Shown here piece by piece: positions 6,555-15,907 of a stretch of 64,000 nucleotides of DNA. The DNA is from an uncultured Anaerolineaceae bacterium (GTDB lineage Bacteria; Chloroflexota; Anaerolineae; Anaerolineales; UBA4823), in assembly GCA_964606085.1 (NCBI GenBank), contig CAZSFD010000001.1, positions 199,795-263,794 of the forward strand. The letters run 5' to 3'. A program made the translations under genes and the position numbers. The notes under the pieces are model-generated. The model had not been told where the DNA came from, searched no databases, and saw only the letters and a program-made list of their open reading frames with translations. The stretch's first letter is position 1, and each line of letters begins with the position of its first letter.

Positions 6555-9121
6555 TGATCATGCCCGATCTGGTTGGACAAGCTCTGAATCGCTATCAGAT
6601 GGTCAGTTTGCTGGGCGAAGGCGGCATGGGGGCGGTGTACAAAGCCCAGGATACCGCCCTCAAGCGCGAAGTGGCCGTCAAGGTGCTGCACAGCCATTTC
6701 GCCCGCCAGCCCGATTTTCGCGAACGCTTTTTGCAAGAGGCGCGCACCGCCGCCCGCCTGGATCATGCCGGCATCGTCAAGGTGTTCGATTTCGGCGAGG
6801 CGCAAGGGCAGCTTTACATTGTGATGGAACTGATCGCCGGGGAGAACCTGCAAGATTTACTCACCCGTCAATGGGGGCAAGGACAGGGCTTAACGCCGCA
6901 GGAAGCCAGCCAACTGACCCGCCAGATTGCTTTGTCGCTCGACTATTTGCACAAACAGGGCATTTTGCACCGCGACATCAAACCGGCCAATATCATGCTC
7001 AAGCCCGAATCGCTCACCGGCCTGCCCTACCGCCCGGTGTTGACCGACCTGGGCCTGGCGCGCCTGCTGGATGGCCCACGCCTGACCCAGGATGGCGGCT
7101 CGATGGGCACGCCGGCCTATATGTCGCCAGAGCAGGCCAGCGGCATGCCCACCGACGCCCGCTCGGATGTCTATTCGCTGGGCATTCTGCTCTTTGAACT
7201 GGCTACCGGGCGGCTGCCGTTTCCCATTCACACCATCACCGAGGCCATCCGCTACCACACCCGCGAAGTTCCCCCCTCGCCGCGCACCTTCCGCCCCGAG
7301 TTACCCCAAAACCTGGAACAGGTAATCTTGCGCGCCATTGCCAAAGAACCGGCCAGCCGCTTTGCCGATGCCGCCGCCCTGGCCCAGGCGTTGGAACAGG
7401 CCATCCTGACCTTTCCACCGCCGGGCATGCGCGCCGCGGCCAGCCCGTCCATGCCCGCCAGCGCCCCGGCCGGGCAGCAGCGCCCGCCAGCCGCCAAAGC
7501 GCCAGGCAGTGCTTCCATCCCGCCCGATACCAACGGCATCCAGGTCATCGCCAAAAATCACCCCAACCGGTTCATCCCGATCAAGCCCAAAATCAAAGAC
7601 ATGGTCGAGATGTCCATCGGACGCGACGAAAGCGCCGATATCTGCCTCGACAGCCCCGGCGTCTCACGCAAGCATGCCAAGCTGACCTACGATGGCAGCG
7701 AGTTTTATCTCACCGACCTGAACAGCACCAACCGCACTTTCCTGGGCGATACCGAGCTGTTGCCCGGCGTGGCCGAGCGCTGGAACCCCGAAAAGGTGGC
7801 CCGCATTGGCACGTTTGCCTTGCAACTGGTGTTGGCCGGGCAAAAAGCCGCCCCCATCCAGCCCCCTTCCCAGCCGCCGGGCGAACGCGCTGGCTTCCGG
7901 CGCACCAACGGCAGCCTGGTGCCGGTCAGCCCCGGCTTTACGCAGATGGAAAACCGCATTTGGGTTGACCTGGAAGAAGAAGACCTGACCGTGGAGGCCG
8001 GCGGACGGGTGCCGCTGACGGTCAACCTGCTCAACCAGGGCGGCTTCGTAGACCAGTTCCACGTCTCGGTCAAGGGTATTCCGGCTGCCTGGTATTCGGT
8101 GCAGCCCCCGGTCGTCAACCTGATGCCCGGCGACCAGGCCACCGCGCAGATCACCTTTCACCCGCCGCGCAACCCCAGCAGCCAGGCCAAAGCCTACCCG
8201 CTGGAAATTCGCGTGACGCCCGAAAAGCCGCCCAAGAAAGTCAGCACCGCCACTGGCACGCTGACCGTCTTGCCCTTCTACCAATCGCGCAGCGAAATGC
8301 ACCCGATGAAAATCAAAGGGCGCAAACCGGCGCGGGTGACCATTCAAAACCAGGGCAACATCGCCGATACCTACACCGCCTACCCCGCTGACCGGGCCGA
8401 CGAACTGATCTTCGACCCGCCGCAAAAGCAGGTGCAGGTGGCCGAAGGCCAGCAGGCGGCGGTCGAATTTCGCGCCCGCCCGCGTGCCACGCGCATCTTC
8501 GGCATGAAGCAGACCCATTCCTTCACCATCCAGGTCAGTTCGGCGCAAGGCGGCAACCCCACCCAACACATGGGCGAGTTCACCAGCACGGCCCTGATCC
8601 CGCCCTGGCTGCCGATCTTCTTGATGGGGTTTTGCGCCCTGCTGATGCTGGCTGCCTCGCAACTGATCCCCCTGGTGATGCCCAAGACAACGCCCACCAG
8701 CACCGGCGTAATCGTCTTGACGGTGATCCCCGATACCCTGACGCCCTCCCCCCTGCCCGATACCCCCACCGCCCCACCCAGCGACACTCCCACCCTGCTA
8801 GAACTGTGCGCCGGCGCACCCGAACCGCGGGTGGAGAAAAATGGCCTGGGGCGTGTCGGCGAAGACGACCCCCGCCCACTGCGCGTGCGCAAAACCGCCG
8901 AATACACCGGCGATAACGACGAAAACGTGATCGCCAAACTGCCGCCCGGGACGCAATTCCGCATCCTGGATGGTCCCGAATGCGTGCAAACGCCAACGGG
9001 ATCGAAGGTGCTGATGTGGAAAATCGAAGTCATCGGCGGCATGGTCTTCGACGATGGCACCACCCAGGGCTGGGTGGTTGAAGCAGATAGCTCTGGCTAT
9101 TTCATCGAACCGTTGAAATAA
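6554..9121 (+). CDS. Ser/Thr protein kinase with internal FHA domain, two beta-sandwich repeats, TM helix and SH3b-like ectodomain
   Basis: Hanks kinase motifs (LGEGGMGAVYKA, VAVKVL, HRDIKPANIML, DLGLAR, GTPAYMSPEQ). FHA motif (SIGRDESADICLDSPGVSRKHAKLTYDGSEFYLTDLNSTNRTF). TM helix (LIPPWLPIFLMGFCALLMLAASQLIPLVM). The GGAGG RBS favours the ATG at 6560. Confidence 0.85.
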   Translation: MIMPDLVGQALNRYQMVSLLGEGGMGAVYKAQDTALKREVAVKVLHSHFARQPDFRERFLQEARTAARLDHAGIVKVFDFGEAQGQLYIVMELIAGENLQDLLTRQWGQGQGLTPQEASQLTRQIALSLDYLHKQGILHRDIKPANIMLKPESLTGLPYRPVLTDLGLARLLDGPRLTQDGGSMGTPAYMSPEQASGMPTDARSDVYSLGILLFELATGRLPFPIHTITEAIRYHTREVPPSPRTFRPELPQNLEQVILRAIAKEPASRFADAAALAQALEQAILTFPPPGMRAAASPSMPASAPAGQQRPPAAKAPGSASIPPDTNGIQVIAKNHPNRFIPIKPKIKDMVEMSIGRDESADICLDSPGVSRKHAKLTYDGSEFYLTDLNSTNRTFLGDTELLPGVAERWNPEKVARIGTFALQLVLAGQKAAPIQPPSQPPGERAGFRRTNGSLVPVSPGFTQMENRIWVDLEEEDLTVEAGGRVPLTVNLLNQGGFVDQFHVSVKGIPAAWYSVQPPVVNLMPGDQATAQITFHPPRNPSSQAKAYPLEIRVTPEKPPKKVSTATGTLTVLPFYQSRSEMHPMKIKGRKPARVTIQNQGNIADTYTAYPADRADELIFDPPQKQVQVAEGQQAAVEFRARPRATRIFGMKQTHSFTIQVSSAQGGNPTQHMGEFTSTALIPPWLPIFLMGFCALLMLAASQLIPLVMPKTTPTSTGVIVLTVIPDTLTPSPLPDTPTAPPSDTPTLLELCAGAPEPRVEKNGLGRVGEDDPRPLRVRKTAEYTGDNDENVIAKLPPGTQFRILDGPECVQTPTGSKVLMWKIEVIGGMVFDDGTTQGWVVEADSSGYFIEPLK

Positions 9122-9127
9122 GCAATC

Positions 9128-10381
9128 ATGGATTACCCCATGCAGCCACAACAAATTGATCGCTACCAGGTACAGGCAGAAATCGCCCGCGGCGGCATGG
9201 CGATTATTTACCTGGCCTACGACCCGCAAAACCAGCGCCAGGTGGCAATCAAGGTGTTGCCGCGCGAATACTTGATGGATCGTCAATTTCGCGTGCGCTT
9301 CCAACGCGAGATCGAGATCATGGTAGCCATCCGGCATTCGGGCATCGTGCCGATTTATGGCTACGGGCAATACCAGGGCCAGCTTTACCTGGTGATGCGC
9401 TACATGGCCGGCGGCTCGCTGGATGACCGCCTGCAAAAACAGGGCAGCATGTCGTTGGCCGAAACCGCCGCGCTGATCGAACAGATTGCCCCCATTCTCG
9501 ATTTCGCCCATTCCCAGGGGATCATTCACCGCGATTTGAAACCGGGCAACATCTTGTTCGATACCCAGGGCAAAGCCTTTATCAACGATTTTGGCATCGC
9601 CCGGCTGACCGAGCAATCGAACTATGCCGCGCTGACCGGCAAAGCGCTGATCGGCTCACCGGCGTACATGAGCCCCGAACAGGGGCGCATTGGCCTGAAT
9701 GTGGATGCCCGCAGCGACATTTACTCGGTGGGCGCGATGGTTTTTGAGATGCTGACGGGGCAGCTTCCGTATGACGCCGAAAGCGCAATGAAGCTGGTAA
9801 TGAAGCATCTGACGGACCCCATCCCGAACATCCTGGCGTTGAACCCGGCCTTACCCCCGTCGTGCCAGGCGATCATCGAAAAAGTGCTGGCCAAAGAGCC
9901 TGAGCAGCGTTACGCCAGCGTTTCAGAACTGGCCGCAGCCCTGCGCCAGGCGGTTAATGCGGGCAGCCGGGCCGCCGCAGCCTACCCATCTACCCCGCCG
10001 CAAGGGCCGCGCCAGCCCCGGGACGCCGCGCCGCCGGTAAGCCGACCAGCCAGCCAGCCGGTTAGCCGACCAGCCCCGGGGTCAGCGAAGCCAGCCGGCA
10101 TACGACTGCCCTCGTTTCTCAATTCATTTCGCCACGCCATCTTGCAGCAGTTTCGCATGCCGCGGCTGCTCGGTGGGCCAGCGCTGCCTTACATCACCCT
10201 GCCATCCTTCCTGCGCCCCATCACCAGCGCCCTGGGAATTTCGAGTACGATCAGCCTGCCCGGCAACAAGCTCTGGTTAGGGCTGGCCGTGCTGATCGCC
10301 GTGGCGGTGCTGCTCGTTCTGTGCGGCGGGGTGATGGCAAGCTGCTACATCCTTTTTCGTATTTTTGCCACGCCTATCTAA
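9128..10381 (+). CDS. Ser/Thr protein kinase, C-terminally membrane anchored
   Basis: ARGGMAIIYLA, VAIKVL, HRDLKPGNILF, DFGIAR, GSPAYMSPEQ. Pro-rich spacer and terminal hydrophobic helix (LWLGLAVLIAVAVLLVLCGGVMASCYILF). Confidence 0.85.
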   Translation: MDYPMQPQQIDRYQVQAEIARGGMAIIYLAYDPQNQRQVAIKVLPREYLMDRQFRVRFQREIEIMVAIRHSGIVPIYGYGQYQGQLYLVMRYMAGGSLDDRLQKQGSMSLAETAALIEQIAPILDFAHSQGIIHRDLKPGNILFDTQGKAFINDFGIARLTEQSNYAALTGKALIGSPAYMSPEQGRIGLNVDARSDIYSVGAMVFEMLTGQLPYDAESAMKLVMKHLTDPIPNILALNPALPPSCQAIIEKVLAKEPEQRYASVSELAAALRQAVNAGSRAAAAYPSTPPQGPRQPRDAAPPVSRPASQPVSRPAPGSAKPAGIRLPSFLNSFRHAILQQFRMPRLLGGPALPYITLPSFLRPITSALGISSTISLPGNKLWLGLAVLIAVAVLLVLCGGVMASCYILFRIFATPI

Positions 10382-10403
10382 TCACTTGCAAAGGGTTATC
10401 ACC

Positions 10404-12665
10404 ATGAAAAACGCTTCACTCGTCCACCGCCTGATACTCGCGACATTTGCCATCCTGCTCCTGCTGCTGCCGCACCCCACCGCCGCCCAGAGCGAGGTGC
10501 GAGCGTACATCAGCAGTGTAGATTGCTCTGCCTTTCCCACGATCAGCCTGACCGTGCGGGCGGTGGATGCGCAAGGACGGGTGATCACCGATAACCTGGA
10601 TACCGCCTCGTTTGCCCTGTTCGATAATGCCACCCAGGTGACCCAACCGGCCGTTATGGCTACCGAGACGGGGGCAAAGCACGTCATCTTTTCCGTTGAC
10701 CGGCGCGGCGAAAACACCAACCTGGAAAAATACCAGGCGGCGATCCGCAATATCATGAGCGAATTTACCAGCCAGTATGTGATTGACGACACCGACATCG
10801 TCAGCATCGTCTCGCACATCTCTGGCAGCAAACCCGATGTGGTGCTGCAACCCACCAGCAACAAAACCGACGTGCTGAATGCCATCAGCGCGCTGTCCTT
10901 CGCCCGCATCAGCGGGACAAAAAGCGACTTAAGCGGGCTGGAGGCCGTTTTTAACGATCTGGTGACACAAAAACCCGGGCGGCGAAACACGGTCATCTTC
11001 CATTTCAGCCGCTTTCTCGAAACCCCCTCCGCTCCCCTGCAACAGGTAGACCCGGCCAAGAACCTGGGCGCCAAAATGGCCAGCGAAAATATCCGCGTCT
11101 ACACCTTCCAGACCGAAACATCTGGCGACGCGCGCTTTTACCGCGCCTTTCAAGAACTGGCCGCCAGCAGCCAGGGCGCTTACCTGCTGATTGATAAACC
11201 CGGCTACGAAGGCGAACTGGCCCGCATCTTCCGCGAGGTCGAACAGGGCAGCAAGGTCTTCCGGCTGCAATTCACCAGCACCGCATACGTGGCCGACCAC
11301 ACCATCAGCCTGGCCGCCCCCGGCGCAGGCCCCGAACGGGCCATGGACTCACGCACTTGCATCGGCATAGACATTCAAGACCCCCAGGTCGCTTTCGATT
11401 ACCCGCCCAACAGCCCCGGCCTGAAAATCCAGTTGAAGCCCGACGACACCTCCATCACCGTCCGGGCGCATGTAGATTGGCCCGATAAAAAGCCACGCAC
11501 AATAACCACGGCGGAGTTATTGGTGAACGGCACGGTCATCGAAACCAAAACCGATCTGCCGCCCACCGACCCCCTGTATTTCATTGTCAGCACAGACGAT
11601 CTCCTGGCCTCCAAGTCGCTGGCGAACATTGCCCTCGAAGTGCGCGTGGCCGATGCCTGGGGGCGCAGCGCCTCCAACTGGGTCAGCTTCGACCTCAGCG
11701 CCGCGCCGACCCCGGTCGTCACACCCACGGCAGCGCCCCGGCCAACCACGGAAGGGCCGGTAATCGTGGTTGCGCCTGGCGCGTGTGATGAAGGCTTATC
11801 GGTCAATTGCATCAAAGCGTGGGTGATCTCCAACTGGATTTTATTGCTGATCCTGGTGGTGGTCGGTGGGATGTTCCTGGTAATGTTCATCTTGCTCATT
11901 GCCACCCGCCACCAACTGGCCAAACTCTCTGCCCCGGCGCGCGAGGCCATTGGCAAACGCGCCGCCCAGGTGCGCGACCAGGTGCGCAAAACCCTGCTGG
12001 GCGGGGCCTCGCACCAGCAGCAAGCCGTGGCCTACCTGAATGTGCTGGTGGCGCGCAGCGACCGCGTTGGCTCGAAAATCGAAATTTACAACAACCGCAC
12101 CACCCTCGGGCGCGACCCCTCGCTGACCGATGTGCAGCTCTACAACCCCGAAGATAAAACCAGCGTCAGCGGCCTGCACTGCACCATTTTTTACGACCCC
12201 GGCCAGGGCAAATTCTTCATCACCGATGATAACTCAACCAATGGCAGCTTCCTGAACGGCAAGCGCCTGCCCTCCAACGAGCCGCACGAACTGAAAGAGA
12301 ATGATGAGATTACGCTGGGCGATATTTACCGGCAAGGCGCCAAGCTGCGCTTCGAACTGGCCGCCGGGCAGCCGGCGCACTCCATCGAAGATGAAATGAT
12401 CCCTATCGAAAATGACTTCAATGTAGATTTGGATGGCTCGGGGTCTTACGCCAACGAAGTGACCCAGGCCGCCGTCGATTCGATGCCGCCACCGCCCCCT
12501 CCCCAACCCAAGAAAGAAATGTCTGATGAAACCATCCCCGGCTATCGCGACGAAGACATCCTTTCTTACCCTGAACAACCCGCTGCGCCCCCGCCAGGCC
12601 GCCCGGCCAACAAACCGCCGCAGAAAAAAGGCAAAGATAAAAGCTGGATAGATGACCTGAGCTAA
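10404..12665 (+). CDS. Signal peptide - vWA-like ectodomain (degenerate MIDAS) - TM - cytoplasmic FHA protein
   Basis: N-terminal signal (LILATFAILLLLLPHPTAAQS). Beta-sandwich plus vWA-like layout (ISSVDCSAFPTISLTVRAVDAQGRVI... VIFSVDRRGEN in place of DxSxS). TM helix (WILLLILVVVGGMFLVMFILLIA). C-terminal FHA (TTLGRDPSLTDVQLY...VSGLHCTIFYDPGQGKFFITDDNSTNGSFLNGKRL). Start taken at the ATG after the upstream stop. Confidence 0.7.
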   Translation: MKNASLVHRLILATFAILLLLLPHPTAAQSEVRAYISSVDCSAFPTISLTVRAVDAQGRVITDNLDTASFALFDNATQVTQPAVMATETGAKHVIFSVDRRGENTNLEKYQAAIRNIMSEFTSQYVIDDTDIVSIVSHISGSKPDVVLQPTSNKTDVLNAISALSFARISGTKSDLSGLEAVFNDLVTQKPGRRNTVIFHFSRFLETPSAPLQQVDPAKNLGAKMASENIRVYTFQTETSGDARFYRAFQELAASSQGAYLLIDKPGYEGELARIFREVEQGSKVFRLQFTSTAYVADHTISLAAPGAGPERAMDSRTCIGIDIQDPQVAFDYPPNSPGLKIQLKPDDTSITVRAHVDWPDKKPRTITTAELLVNGTVIETKTDLPPTDPLYFIVSTDDLLASKSLANIALEVRVADAWGRSASNWVSFDLSAAPTPVVTPTAAPRPTTEGPVIVVAPGACDEGLSVNCIKAWVISNWILLLILVVVGGMFLVMFILLIATRHQLAKLSAPAREAIGKRAAQVRDQVRKTLLGGASHQQQAVAYLNVLVARSDRVGSKIEIYNNRTTLGRDPSLTDVQLYNPEDKTSVSGLHCTIFYDPGQGKFFITDDNSTNGSFLNGKRLPSNEPHELKENDEITLGDIYRQGAKLRFELAAGQPAHSIEDEMIPIENDFNVDLDGSGSYANEVTQAAVDSMPPPPPPQPKKEMSDETIPGYRDEDILSYPEQPAAPPPGRPANKPPQKKGKDKSWIDDLS

Positions 12666-12674
12666 CGCTTGCAT

Positions 12675-13598
12675 ATGGCAGAAACGTACATTGGCAATTT
12701 CGTGGTCGAAAAAACGCTCTCGAAGAGCGGTATGTCGTATATCTACCTGGCGCGCCTGGCCGAACAACCCAACTACAAAGTGGCCCTGAAGATTCACCTG
12801 GAAAGCGAAGGCCCGCGCAACACCTATCAAGATTTACTGCGCCACGAAGCCGAGCATCTGGCCCATTTCAGGCATCCCAACATCATGCGCGTTTTCCCCC
12901 TGCAACTGCCCACCGGCAAGGTGGTCTATTGCGCCCGCGCCACCGATTTACCCGAAAACCCGTGGTATTTCACCATGGAATATATCCCCGGCGGTGATCT
13001 CAGCAAATACATCAAGAACTTCACCAAAATGCCCATCCCCTGGATCATCGAATTTTTCTACCAACTGCTCATCACCGTCAAATACATTCATCAAATGGGA
13101 TACGGACATTGCGACCTGAAGCCGGAGAACATCCTGCTGCGTGAGCCGCCCAGCCCCCTGCGCACGCCCCAACCCATCCTGACCGACTTCGGCACGGCGC
13201 AGCGCGTGGAAGACATCATTGCCCAGCCGACCCGCTCCCTGCGCTACTCGCCGCCCGAAATCATCATGGCGTACACCCGCAAAGACATCGAAGCCAAAAA
13301 TTTCCCCCTGTATGCCGCCAAAATAGACATCTGGTCGTTGGGCGCGCTGCTCTTCGAGCTGCTCACCGGGCAGCAATTGTTCAGCCAGCGCAAAGAAGCC
13401 GAAATCACCTCGTCCATTTTGCGCGGCGAACTGCGTAAAATTCAAACGCTGCGCCGCGAGGCGCACGAATCGCTCGATAAAGTGCTCAGCGTCATGCTGC
13501 AAACACAGCCAGAAGAGCGCCCCGAAATTGACGACATCATCGAGGCTATCGAAGAGCGCATCAGCAGCGTCAGGCCGCCGCGCATCCCGCTGGCCTGA
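12675..13598 (+). CDS. Soluble Ser/Thr kinase-like protein (non-RD, degenerate Gly loop)
   Basis: VALKIH, GHCDLKPENILL (HCD instead of HRD), DFGTAQ, YSPPEI. The glycine loop reads LSKSGMSYIY. No TM segment. Confidence 0.75.
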   Translation: MAETYIGNFVVEKTLSKSGMSYIYLARLAEQPNYKVALKIHLESEGPRNTYQDLLRHEAEHLAHFRHPNIMRVFPLQLPTGKVVYCARATDLPENPWYFTMEYIPGGDLSKYIKNFTKMPIPWIIEFFYQLLITVKYIHQMGYGHCDLKPENILLREPPSPLRTPQPILTDFGTAQRVEDIIAQPTRSLRYSPPEIIMAYTRKDIEAKNFPLYAAKIDIWSLGALLFELLTGQQLFSQRKEAEITSSILRGELRKIQTLRREAHESLDKVLSVMLQTQPEERPEIDDIIEAIEERISSVRPPRIPLA

Positions 13599-13631
13599 AA
13601 AAATTATCCGCTTTGGATAGGGAGAAGCATC

Positions 13632-15773
13632 GTGGCGAAAATAATCATCGATTCACATTATGACATCGGCGGACACCGCGAAGTATACGAAGACCGCGTG
13701 CGGGCGCGCCCCGTGACCACCGCCGCCGGGCTGAAATTGATGGTGGCAGCCGTGGCCGACGGCGTGGGCGGCGAAAACAAAGGCGAGCGCGCCTCGCAAA
13801 CCACCATAGACGCCCTCTTCAACTACCTGGAAAAAAGCCGCGAAACCGCCCTGCCCGCCTTGTTGACCCAGGCCGTGCAATATGCCAACAAAGCCACCTT
13901 TCAACTGCAACGCGAAACCAGCGGCGCCAGCACAACCCTGGCCGTGGCCGTGGTAGATGAGGCCACGGCAAAGCTGTACATTGCCAACGTCGGCGACAGC
14001 CGCATCTACCTGTGCCGCAACCGCAAGCTGACCCAATTGACCATAGACCACTCGTGGGCAACCGTCATGGCCTGGCAAGGCAAAATCAGCGCCGAAGCCG
14101 CCCGCGACCACCCACGCGCCAACGTCCTCATGCGCGCCATCGGGCCGCGCGAGCAGGTGGAGGTAGACCTGGGCTTCTACGTTGGCACCAGCGACTACGC
14201 AGAAGCCAACGAACGCGGCCAGGGCGGCCTGCCCTTGCTCGATGGCGACGCCATCCTGGTCTGTTCTGACGGCCTGATCAAAGACTCGCCCCAAACCGGC
14301 GAACCCCTGATCAGCAAAGAAGAGATCATTCGCACCGTTACCGAAAAAGAAGGCAAGAAGGCCGCTCAGGAGTTGGTTTCGTTTGCCCTGGGCCGCGGCC
14401 CCGATGACAACATTTCGGCCGCCCTGATCCAGATGCCCGACCGCTGGCGCACCTGGCGGGCGCGCCGCCCGATGCTGATCGCCGGAGGTGTCATCTTTGC
14501 GCTGGCAATTGTTCTGTGCGTGGCCGTCGCGGCTTTGCTCATTACCCAAAGAACGCTGCAAACGCTCTCGCAAGAGCAACAAGCGGCTACGGCGCAGGCC
14601 GCAACCGTGGCCGCCTACACCGCTACACCTTCCGATACCCCCACGCCCTCCAACACACCCACCGTCACCTTCACCCCATCGCCCACGCTCAAACCCTTCG
14701 TGGCCGGGCAGGCCGGCGTCATCGTCAGTCAAAATGGCGATGCCTTCTTCCTGAAATCACCCCTGCAGGCCAAAGAACAGGAGGACATGGTCTTGCTGAT
14801 TTTCCACCGCGAAGGGTACAGCAGCAACCCGGGCTATCTCCACGCCCTGCCGGGAAGCCTGTTACAGATGAATACCATTGATGACCAGGCCTATCAGTTC
14901 TTCGTCTCGCAAGCGAGCCATGTGTTTGTCGAAAACGGCAGTTACGCCCTGGGCGAACTGCAGCTTGCCCGCTCCAATCTCACTTTGCGCGTCGAAGGCT
15001 CGTGCCTGGCATTAGATTACCCCGCAAACGAGCGCGCCATCGTCAGTTGCTATGCCGGCACCTGCACCTACGACGCCCTGGGCGGAGGTTCTGGCAGCAT
15101 CGCCCCCGGCACACAACTGCTCTTCTCCGGGCCAGACCTCGACGCCGGCGAGGCGCAAGCCATCCCCGAAGCCGAGGCGCGCCAGTGGGCCAGCCGCCTG
15201 CCGGTGGGCAGCCTGGCCTACGATTGCGCCAACCAATATATCCCCACGCCCACACCCACCCGCCCGGCCGCCAAACCTCCCACCCAAAAAGAACCCGATG
15301 AGCCGGGCCACAATCCCGATCCCACCAACACGCCCATCCCTGCCTCCAACACCGCCAAACCGCCAAACACCAACACACCCAGACCGGCAAACACCAACAC
15401 GCCCGCCAAAGCCCCCACCAACACAACCGCCGCCACGAAAACCACCGCCCCCACCCAAACACCCAAACCCGCCACGGCGACGACAACCCCCAAGGCAAGC
15501 ACCCCCACCGCCACCGCCAAGAACACCGCCACACGAACCGCCGTCCCCAGCCCTACACAAACCCCGCAACCCACGGCCACACCAACGTCACAACCATCCA
15601 ACACCCCCGAAACACCCACCGAAGTTCCACCTACCGAAGTTCCACCCACCGATGTCCCCCCCACCGACGTTCCCCCAACTGCTACCACTGAAGCGCCGCC
15701 TCCTATTGAAACGGATGACGTGCCAAAACCAAGCGATACACCTACCACAGACGAACCGCCGAAAGATGGATAG
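13632..15773 (+). CDS. PP2C-family Ser/Thr phosphatase - TM - ectodomain with Thr/Pro-rich tail
   Basis: GTG start with GGGAGA RBS. PP2C motifs (YEDR, AVADGVGGENKGERAS, NVGDSRIYL, VCSDGL, DDNISA). TM helix (MLIAGGVIFALAIVLCVAVAALLI). The tail has 15-bp tandem repeats encoding TEVPPTEVPPTDVPPTDVPP (about 15615-15680). Confidence 0.85.
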   Translation: MAKIIIDSHYDIGGHREVYEDRVRARPVTTAAGLKLMVAAVADGVGGENKGERASQTTIDALFNYLEKSRETALPALLTQAVQYANKATFQLQRETSGASTTLAVAVVDEATAKLYIANVGDSRIYLCRNRKLTQLTIDHSWATVMAWQGKISAEAARDHPRANVLMRAIGPREQVEVDLGFYVGTSDYAEANERGQGGLPLLDGDAILVCSDGLIKDSPQTGEPLISKEEIIRTVTEKEGKKAAQELVSFALGRGPDDNISAALIQMPDRWRTWRARRPMLIAGGVIFALAIVLCVAVAALLITQRTLQTLSQEQQAATAQAATVAAYTATPSDTPTPSNTPTVTFTPSPTLKPFVAGQAGVIVSQNGDAFFLKSPLQAKEQEDMVLLIFHREGYSSNPGYLHALPGSLLQMNTIDDQAYQFFVSQASHVFVENGSYALGELQLARSNLTLRVEGSCLALDYPANERAIVSCYAGTCTYDALGGGSGSIAPGTQLLFSGPDLDAGEAQAIPEAEARQWASRLPVGSLAYDCANQYIPTPTPTRPAAKPPTQKEPDEPGHNPDPTNTPIPASNTAKPPNTNTPRPANTNTPAKAPTNTTAATKTTAPTQTPKPATATTTPKASTPTATAKNTATRTAVPSPTQTPQPTATPTSQPSNTPETPTEVPPTEVPPTDVPPTDVPPTATTEAPPPIETDDVPKPSDTPTTDEPPKDG

Positions 15774-15907
15774 ACTTGTTCCTGAATAACGATGAAGGTC
15801 TTTCCGTCCTTCGTGCTGGCGAGAAATTGCTGTGGCAAACGAATCATTAGCTGCTGAAGCGGTTTCACAGCAAGATAGAGGACGGAAAAACCTGGCTGGC
15901 TTATAAA

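Noticed and set aside
7664-8662. 332-aa minus-strand ORF (and nested 7705-8154)
   Set aside because: It is antisense to the kinase-FHA gene, with low-complexity Arg/Gly/Ala composition.
13653-14732. 359-aa minus-strand ORF
   Set aside because: It is antisense to the PP2C gene, whose motifs are unambiguous. It has shadow-ORF composition.
15012-15868. Several overlapping ORFs in both orientations (15012-15569, 15052-15789, 15218-15868)
   Set aside because: They arise from the repetitive Thr/Pro-coding tail of the PP2C gene. All are alternative-frame low-complexity (Pro/Arg/Gly) translations.
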